Assembly: GCA_964016885.1 (NCBI GenBank)
Contig: OZ024761.1
Location: forward strand, 29,140,001 to 29,204,000
Reading direction: 5' to 3'
Length of the DNA: 64,000 nucleotides
Origin: Eledone cirrhosa
Taxonomy: Eukaryota
In this document: piece by piece, positions 54,400-64,000 of the stretch
How the letters are laid out: every line of letters begins with the position of its first letter
Numbering within the stretch: position 1 is the first letter of the stretch
Position numbers and translations under genes: made by a program
Notes under the pieces: generated by a model
The model's input: the letters and a program-made list of their open reading frames with translations, nothing else
What the model was told of the DNA's origin: nothing
Database searches by the model: none

Positions 54400-54750
54400 A
54401 TAAAAAACAGATAAATAATATATAGCTAAAACATAAATAAATAAAATAAAATAAAATAAAATAAAATAAAATAAAATAAAATAAAATATAAATAATAAAT
54501 AAATAAAATAAAATAGTTAAAATATAAATAAATAAATAAAATAAAATAGTTAAAATATAAATAAATAAATAAAATAAAATAGTTAAAATATAAATAAATA
54601 AAATAAAATAGTTAAAATATAAATAAATAAATAAAATAAAATAGTTAAAATATAAATAAATAAATAAAATAAAATAGTTTAAAATATAAATAAATAAATA
54701 AAATAAAATAGTTAAAATAGAAATAAATAAATAAAATAGTTAAAATATAA
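54400..54750. repeat. (TAAAA)n and a derived ~30-bp AT-rich repeat
   Basis: aaaatataaataaataaataaaataaaatagtt repeated. Confidence 0.9.
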
Positions 54751-54861
54751 AAAAAAAGCAAATATAGAATATTGGTAGCAGTTAATTCCAAAGAGACAAA
54801 AGAACTGTCAACTAGGAAGACATTTTGTTGTTGCTGTTGTTGTTGTGTGTATATGAGTGTG

Positions 54862-54892
<31 letters not shown>

Positions 54893-56378
54893 GTTGGTGC
54901 GTATATGTGTGTGTGTTGGTGTGTGTATATATGTGTGTGAGTGTATATGTGTGAGTGTGTATATATATGTGTGTGTGTTTTGTGTGTGCATGTGTATGTG
55001 TGTGTGTGTGTTTGTGTATGTTTGTGTGTGTTTTGTGTGTGTATGTCAGTGTGTGTGTAGATGTATGTGTGTGTGTGTGTGTCTGTGTGTGTGTATATGT
55101 ATGTGTGTGTGTTTGTGTGTGTGTATGTATGTGTGTGTATATGTATGTATGTGTGTGTGTGTATGTATTTGTGTGTGTATGTCTGTGTGTATATATGTGT
55201 GTGTGTGTTTGTGTGTGTGTATGTCTGAGTGTATATGTATGTGTGTATATGTATGTATGTGTGTGTGTGTATATGTATGTATGTGCACACGTGTGTGTGT
55301 GTATATGTATGTATATGTGTGTGTGTGTGTATGTCTGTGTGTGTATATGTATGTATGTGTGTTTTTGTGTGTATGTGTGTTTGTATGTGTGTTTGTGTGT
55401 GTGTGTGCATTTAAATGCTTTTGTGTGTCCTTTGATGGAGATATTGAAGAGAGAGGGTTGTGTTGATGGTGAGGCAGGTGGTATGATAATCCCCCCCCCT
55501 CTCTCTCTCTCTCCAGTGAGACAAGGTAGGTTTGTCAACTTAACTAACAGTATGTTAGTCACATGTTTGTCACTATCATCATCATCATCATCATCATCAT
55601 CATTATCACCATTACCACTATCGTCAACATCACCATCATCATCATCATGTTACTCCATTGTCATCATCATCATCATCATTATCACCATCATCATTATCAC
55701 CACCACCACCACCACTATCATCATCACCATCATCATCACTACCAACACTATCATCAGCATCACCATCATCACAATCATCATCAACATCATCATCATTATC
55801 ACCATCATTATCACCACCACCACCACCACCACTATCATCATCACCATCATCATCACTACCAACACTATCATCAGCATCACCATCATCACAATCATCATCA
55901 ACATCATCATCATTATCACCATCATCATCACCATCATCATCACTACCAACACTATCATCAGCATCATCATCATTATCATTATTATGTTACTCTGTTGTCA
56001 TCCTCATCATCAGGTTTCTTCATCACCATCCTCTTCACCATCATCATCACCATCATCACCATCCTCTTCACCATCACCATCACCATCATCACCATCCTCT
56101 TCATCATCATCATCACTATCATCATCTTATGCATTGTTATCAACATTCCTTGAGAGTGTTGCCTATTCTCATCATCATCATCACCATCATCCGCTTCACC
56201 CCCCCCCCCCCCATCATCATCACCATCATCATATTTCCACTCTTCTCATTCAGCTGTCATTCTCATTTTTAATATTTCAACACCTGTTCCTTTATACTGA
56301 TGAAGACGATGATGGTGATGACGGTGATGGTGATGATGATGGTGATGATGATGATGGTGATGATGATGATGGTGGTGA

Positions 56379-56409
<31 letters not shown>

Positions 56410-56674
56410 GTTGGTGGTGATGGTACTGGTGATGATGATGATGGTGTTGGTGGTGGTGGTGGTGATACTGGTGGTGGTGGTGATGATGAATATGATGATG
56501 ATGATGGTGGTGGTGATTCTGCCAATTTCCATTCTTTACATTGCTCTCTCTCTCTCTAACAATTCCTTACATAGAAACAAAGCCAGAAGTTTTAAGAGAA
56601 GGAGCTGTCAATCAAGTTCACCGACCCCCCCCCCATCCCCCAGTACATCACTAGTACTGTATTTTATTGACCCT

Positions 56675-57806
56675 GGAGGTGTGTGTCCTAATGGTAAGGG
56701 TGTTCGACTCATGATGATAATGTCGTGGATTTGATTCCTGGTCTAGGTTCCGTGTTGTGTTCTTGATTGAAAACACTTCATTTCCCATTGCTCCAGTATA
56801 CTCAACTGAAAAGGAGTACCAGCAATAGCTGGGGGTTTAACCCGGCGATGGACTGGCGTCCTGTCCAGGTAGGGGGAGTCTTGTATTCTCAGTCACTTCA
56901 TGCCACAAAAACTGGGGTAAGCACTGGCCAGAAGAGCCTCTCCGGCCTCAAGATAGACTTTAACCCTGCAATTGACTGAAGTCCTGTCCAAGGAGGGAGT
57001 CTTGTACTCTCAGTCGGATCATAAGCACCAATCTGATGAACCTCCAGGCTCGAGATAGACTTTAACCCTGTAATGGGCTAGAGTACTGTCCAGGGGGAGG
57101 TCTTATATTCTCAGTCGGATCATACCACAAAAACTGGAATAAGCACCAATCTGATGAGACTCCAGGCTCAAGACAGACTTTAACCCTGCAATGGACTGGA
57201 GTCCTGTCCAGGGGGGAGTCTTGAACTCTCTGTCAGTTATAAGCACCAGTCTGATGAGATTCTGGATTTGAGAGAGACTTTAACCCTGCAATGGACTGGA
57301 GTCCTGCCCGGGTGGGGGGAAGTCTTGTACTCTCAGTCAGTTCATAAGCACCAATCTGATGAGCCTCCAGACTCAAAAGAGACTTTAACCCTGCAATGGA
57401 CTGGAGTCCTGCCCGGGTGGGGGGAAGTCTTGTACTCTCAGTCAGTTCATAAGCACCAATCTGATGAGCCTCCAGACTCAAAAGAGACTTTAACCCTGCA
57501 ATGGACTGGAGTCCTGCCCGGGTGGGGGGAAGTCTTGTACTCTCAGTCAGTTCATAAGCACCAATCTGATGAGCCTCCAGACTCAAAAGAGACTTTAACC
57601 CTGCAATGCACTGGAGTCCTGCCCAGGTGGGAGGAAGTCTTGTACTCTCAGTCAGTTCATAAGCACCAATCTGATGAGCCTCCAGACTCAAAAGAGACTT
57701 TAACCCTGCAATGCACTGGAGTCCTGCCCAGGTGGGAGGAAGTCTTGTACTCTCAGTCAGTTCATAAGCACCAATCTGATGAGCCTCCAGTCTCGAGACA
57801 GACTTG
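56675..57806 (+). mobile_element. CORE-type SINE family 2 with its 3' part amplified into a 105-bp minisatellite, nested in a decayed Meta-type SINE
   Basis: SINE head at 56675; unit gactttaaccctgcaatg...ctcaaaaga at 57276, 57381, 57486, 57591, 57696 plus diverged upstream units; Meta-SINE halves on either side. Confidence 0.85.
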
Positions 57807-58902
57807 AAAGTAAAGTTGACCTCAACAAGATTTGAAATCAAAGTGTAGTGAACTGGAAGGTGAAAATATCAAGGTATATAAATAGAATGCCTCTAAGAAC
57901 TCTGCTAATTCACCGCAACAAGGAGAACTATTATAAATATCAACAAAGGTAAGAGAGAGTAACAGAGAAAGAAAAAACAGAAATGTTTTTTTTAAAATAG
58001 CAGCACTGGTTATCTCATTCAACATTATCCGTATGATTGTCTGTATCATAAATATCTCCATTATTACCACCACCACTACTACCATCACCACTGCTATCAC
58101 CACTAGGACCACCACTACTGCCACCACCAATACCACTACCACTGCTATCACCAACACCAACACCACTACTACCAACACCACTGCTATCACCAACACCAAC
58201 ACCACCACTACCACCACCACTGCTATCACCACCACTAACACCACCACCACTAACACCACCACTGCTATCACCAACAACACCACCACTACTACCACCACCA
58301 CCACTGTTATCACCACCACAAACACCACCACCACTAACACCACCACTGCTATCACCAACAACACCACCACTACTACCACCACCACCACTGTTATCACCAC
58401 CACAAACACCACCACCACTAACACCACCACTTCTATCACCAACAACACCACCACTACTACCACCACCACCACTGCTATCACCACCACCAACACCACCACC
58501 ACTAACACCACCACTTCCACCGAAATAACACTACTACAACCACCACTACTAATACCAATAACAACACTACTAGCATTACTACCACCAACACCACCTATCA
58601 CCAACAGCACTACTACCAACAACACCACTAGCATTACTACCACCACTGCCACCACCACCATCACCACAACTACCACCACCAACAACACTACCACCAACCA
58701 CGACTACTACTACCACCACCACCATCACCACAACTACCACCACCAACAACACTACCACTACTACTACTACCACCACCACCACCACAATCACAAAGATCAC
58801 AAACATAAGTTATTGGTTCACAAATAGAGAGAAAGTTCATAGCTTTGTCTTTCTTTATGGAATTTTTTTTTAATTAATCCCCATATCCTGGTTTATATGT
58901 AT

Positions 58903-58981
<79 letters not shown>

Positions 58982-59349
58982 TATATAAATTATATATATA
59001 TATTATATATATATATAAATTATATATATAAATTATATATATATATCTATATATAAATTATATATATATATTATATATATATATCTATATTATAGATATA
59101 TATATTATAGATATATATATTATAGATATATATATAATATATATATATTATATATATATTATATAAATTATATATATATATATATTATTTATATATATAT
59201 TATAGATATATATATCATATATATATATAATATATATATTATATTATATATATATTATATATATATATACATATATATATTATATAAATTATATATATAT
59301 ATATTATATATATATTATATATATATATACATATATATATTATATAAAT

Positions 59350-59382
<33 letters not shown>

Positions 59383-59409
59383 ATATAAATTATATATATA
59401 TATATATTA

Positions 59410-59447
<38 letters not shown>

Positions 59448-59540
59448 TAAAGTTAGAAGGCAAGCACATGAATAACTGGAGACTGATTAAAAAAACAAAT
59501 TGACTCTTAAAAGATTCCTACTCCTTCTGGTTATATGATT

Positions 59541-59602
<62 letters not shown>

Positions 59603-59795
59603 ATATGTACACACACACACACACACACACATAAATATACCTATATATATACATATGTACCTATATGCATACACACACACATATATATATATACCTATAT
59701 ACATATATTCATACATATGTACCTATATGTATACACACACACACATATATATATATATATACCTATATATACATATTTATATATATACCTATATG

Positions 59796-59831
<36 letters not shown>

Positions 59832-59980
59832 CCTATATATACATATTTATATATATACCTATATATACACACACATACATATATCTATATCCATATATAT
59901 TTATATATATACCTATATGTACACACATACACATATATATATACCTATATATATAATTATATATATGTACCTATATGTAT

Positions 59981-60033
<53 letters not shown>

Positions 60034-61298
60034 AGTATATAAATATATCTATGTGTGTACCAATATATACTGACTACATAAAAACACATTATCTTCTCTC
60101 TAACTCCCTGACTATATATATCAATGTGAGTGGTGTGTGTGTGAGTGGTGTATGTGTGTGTATGAGTGGTGTGTGTGTGTGTGTGTGAGTGTGTGTATGA
60201 GTAGTGTATGGTGTGTGAGTGGTGTGTGAGTGGTGTATGTGTATTTGAATGGTGTGTGTGTGTATGGTGTATGTGTGTGTGAGTAGTGTGTGAGTGGTGT
60301 GCGTGTGTGTATGAGTGGTGTTTGTGTGTGTGAATGGTGTGTGAGTGGTGTGTGTGTGTGTGTATGAGTGGTGTATGTGTGTGTGTGTATGAGTGGTGTA
60401 TGTGTGTGTGAGTGGTGTGTGTGTGTGTGCGAGTGGTGTGTGAGTGGTGTGTGTGCGAGTGGTGTGTGAGTGGTGTGTGTGCGAGTGGTGTAAGCGTGTG
60501 TGAATGGTGTGAGTGGTGTGTGTGCGTGTGTGGTGTATGCGTGTGTGAATGGTGTGAGTGGTGTGTGTGCGTGTGTGGTGTATGAGTGGTGTATGTGTGT
60601 GTGAGTGGTGTGTATGTGTGAGTGGTATGTGTGCGTGTGTGGTGTATGAGTGGTGTATGTGTGTATGTGTGAGTGGTATATGTGTGTGTGAGTGGTGTGT
60701 TTGTGTAAGTGGTGTGTATGTATAAGTGGTGTGTATGTATAAGTGGTGTATGTGTGTATGTGTGAGTGGTATATGTGTGTGTGAGTGGTGTGTATGTATA
60801 AGTGGTGTGTGTGTGTGTGTATGTATAAGTAGTGTGTGTGTGTGTATGTATAAGTGGTGTGTGTGTGTGTGTGTATTGATAGATAGATGATGTAATTGAA
60901 GCAAAAAAATTATTGTTTACGAAAAATGTTTTCAGTGACCAAACAAAATTCCTGCTTTTTGCCCACCCTCTCCCTTCCATTCCACCCCACATCATCCATA
61001 TCCCTTCCCAATAACTAGAGGGGCTATCTAGTTGTTTGTATTAATATTATTATTATCATAGCTATTATAGTTGATGTTGTTGCTGTTGTTGTTTAAATCA
61101 CAGTAACAAAGACCTCAGTTATTAATGACTCGTTAAAAAACTATCGGACGGTTTGCAATCTTCCTCGTATATATTGAGCAATACGGCAAAATGGTCTTGG
61201 TTTGGTTTGAAGAATAACAGGGAGAAAAACTTAACAGGAAAGAGAGTGTGTGTATATATATATATATATATATATGTAAATATATACATAGATATACA

Positions 61299-61344
<46 letters not shown>

Positions 61345-61364
61345 AATATATACATAGATATACA

Positions 61365-61400
<36 letters not shown>

Positions 61401-61479
61401 CTGTGTGTATATATATATATTTACACACGCATAGATATACATATGTGTGTATGCATATATATATATAGATATATACACA

Positions 61480-61534
<55 letters not shown>

Positions 61535-61596
61535 GTGTGTGTATGTATATTTATGTGTGTGTATGTGTATATATATATATATTGATATACATGTGC

Positions 61597-61646
<50 letters not shown>

Positions 61647-61816
61647 TGTGTGTATATATATATATTTACACACGCATAGATATACATGTGTGTATGCATA
61701 TATATATATATATATAGATATATACACATTATATATATATATATATATATATATTATACGTGTGTATGTATATATATGTGTGTGTATGTATATATATGTG
61801 TGTGTATGTGTGCATG

Positions 61817-61847
<31 letters not shown>

Positions 61848-62269
61848 TTACATACATACACACCAACATATATACATTAGATGTGTGTATGTATCTCAAA
61901 TATACACTTGCACACACACATCTATATATATCATCATCCTCCTCCTCATCATCATATTAAACAGTTCTTGTGGCTGTTAGGTATTCTCAGGTCAAAATAT
62001 CCTTCATATTGAGGAATACACCAAAATAATAATTTATCTAAACAAAGAGAAAAAAATCCATTCACTGACATCAGAGTAAAATAGTCTTTTTACAATTGAG
62101 TCTCTTGCAATAGGAATTCTTGCAGTTTTCTTTGGTTTCCTTCTTCTATTCCAGCTTATATTATCTTCAGAAATATGGCTCTCAGATCATATTTTGTCCA
62201 ATTTCTTTAAAACTTGTTCTATACCAAATAATTGCTGGATCTATGTAGCTATACTTGACTAGAAAACTG

Positions 62270-63475
62270 TACCTGTAGCTATATAACTAGCTGTGTCTAT
62301 ATAACTACACCTGTGTCTATATAACCACACCTGTCTCTATTTAACCACACCTGTATCTATATAACCACACCTGTAGCTATATAATTGCACCTGTATCTAT
62401 ATAACCACACATGTATCTATATAACCGCACCTGTATCTATATAACCACACATGTAGCTATATAACTGTACCTGTATCTATATAACCACACCTGTATCTAT
62501 ATAACCAGACCTGTATCTATATAACCACACCTGTATCTATATAACCACACATGTATCTATATAACCACACATGTATCTATATAACCACACCTGTATCTAT
62601 ATAACCACACCTGTATCTATATAACCACACCTGTATCTATATAACCACACATGTATCTATATAACCACACCTGTAGCAATATAACCACACATGTATCTAT
62701 ATAACCACACCTGTAACAATATAACCACACCTGTAGCTATATAACCGCACCTGTATCTATATAACTACACCTGTATCTATATAACTGTACCTGTAGCTAT
62801 ATAACCGCACCTGTATCTATATAACTACACCTGTATCTATATAACTACACTTGTATCTATATAACTGTACCTGTATCTATATAACCACACTTGTAGCAAT
62901 ATAACCACGCCTGTATCTATATAACCACACATGTATCTATATAACCACACCTGTAGCAATATAACCACACATGTATCTATATAACCACACCTGTAACAAT
63001 ATAACCACACCTGTAGCTATATAACTACACCTGTATCTATATAACTGTACCTGTAGCTATATAACCGCACCTGTATCTATATAACTACACCTGTATCTAT
63101 ATAACTGCACCTGTATCTATATAACCACACCTGTAGCAATATAACCACACCTGTATCTATATAACCACACATGTACCTATATAACCACACCTGTAGCTAT
63201 ATAACCAGACCTGTAGCTATATAACCAGACCTGTAGCAATATAACCACACATGTATCTATATAACTGTACCTGTATCTATATAACCAGACCTGTAGCAAT
63301 ATAACCACACATGTATCTATAAAACCACACCTGTATCTATATAACCAGACCTGTAGCAATATAACCACACATGTATCTATAAAACCACACCTGTATCTAT
63401 ATAACCACACCTGTAGCTATATAACCAGACCTGTAGCTATATAACCACACCTGTAGCAATATAATCACACCTGTA
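62270..63475. repeat. 20-bp minisatellite, about 60 units
   Basis: (ctgtatctatataaccacac)n with recurrent variants. Confidence 0.95.
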
Positions 63476-63780
63476 CTGGGATCAATTAAATAAAGTAGCT
63501 CTCATGCACTGGGGTTGATTTAATCGATTTTCCCCCCTCCCCAAAAATTGTTGGCCTTGTGCCATTATTATTATTATTAGGCGGTGGATTGGCAGTATCG
63601 GTAGAGGGTCGGACGCCATGCTTTGATGCATAGAGTTACGGCCCTTGCCATTCTGAGTTCAAATCCCGTCGAGGTTAACTTTGCCTTTCATCCTTACGGG
63701 GTCGATAAAATAAAGTACCAGTAATGTACTGGGTAATTGCTGGCCTTGTGCCAAAGGTAGAAACAATTATTATTATTATT
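63473..63780 (+). mobile_element. Meta-type SINE (63579-63780) preceded by the tail of another copy
   Basis: ggcggtggattggcag..gagttcaaatcc..gcctttcatccttacggggtcgataaaataaagtaccag..(ATT)n. Confidence 0.85.
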
Positions 63781-63847
63781 AAATACATAAATACCGAAAG
63801 AAATCATCAATATTTTTATTACATATATATATATTATATATATATAC

Positions 63848-63902
<55 letters not shown>

Positions 63903-64000
63903 CTCGTATATACATAATATATATATAAATATATACATATATACATATACATATATATATATATCTGGCAGTATTATATCAATATGATCCTCCCCAAGTA

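Noticed and set aside
57233-57841. CTGATGAG in the 105-bp unit as a tandem hammerhead (retrozyme) array, and its ORFs
   Set aside because: No GAAA core at the right register and no stem I or III; the motif is part of the SINE 3' tail.
62270-63475. CRISPR-like array
   Set aside because: Contiguous 20-bp units without unique spacers, in a eukaryotic context.

Overview
Eukaryotic, extremely microsatellite- and transposon-rich DNA. The SINE/LINE repertoire and simple-repeat density look like a cephalopod (octopus-type) genome; that assignment is my inference. Almost all ORFs in the supplied track are artefacts of (TA)n/(CA)n/(CAC)n/(CAT)n repeats. The only host coding sequence I can support is one 99-nt minus-strand exon (32277-32375) encoding part of the cwf21 domain of an SRRM2/3/4-family splicing factor, so much of the window is probably intron of that gene. 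The rest is tRNA-derived CORE- and Meta-type SINEs, 5'-truncated RTE, R4/Dong and CRE-like LINE pieces, Penelope-like (PLE) remnants, hAT/piggyBac/mariner MITEs, a Helitron end, TE-derived minisatellites and a 200-N gap. The most interesting signal is a dense set of type I hammerhead ribozyme (HHR) motifs from several unrelated families. Two short repeat families sit in AT-rich/(TA)n tracts as palindromes centred on what would be hammerhead stem II, i.e. apparent fold-back products of ribozyme-bearing retroelements. All calls were made by eye; no searches or folding were run.
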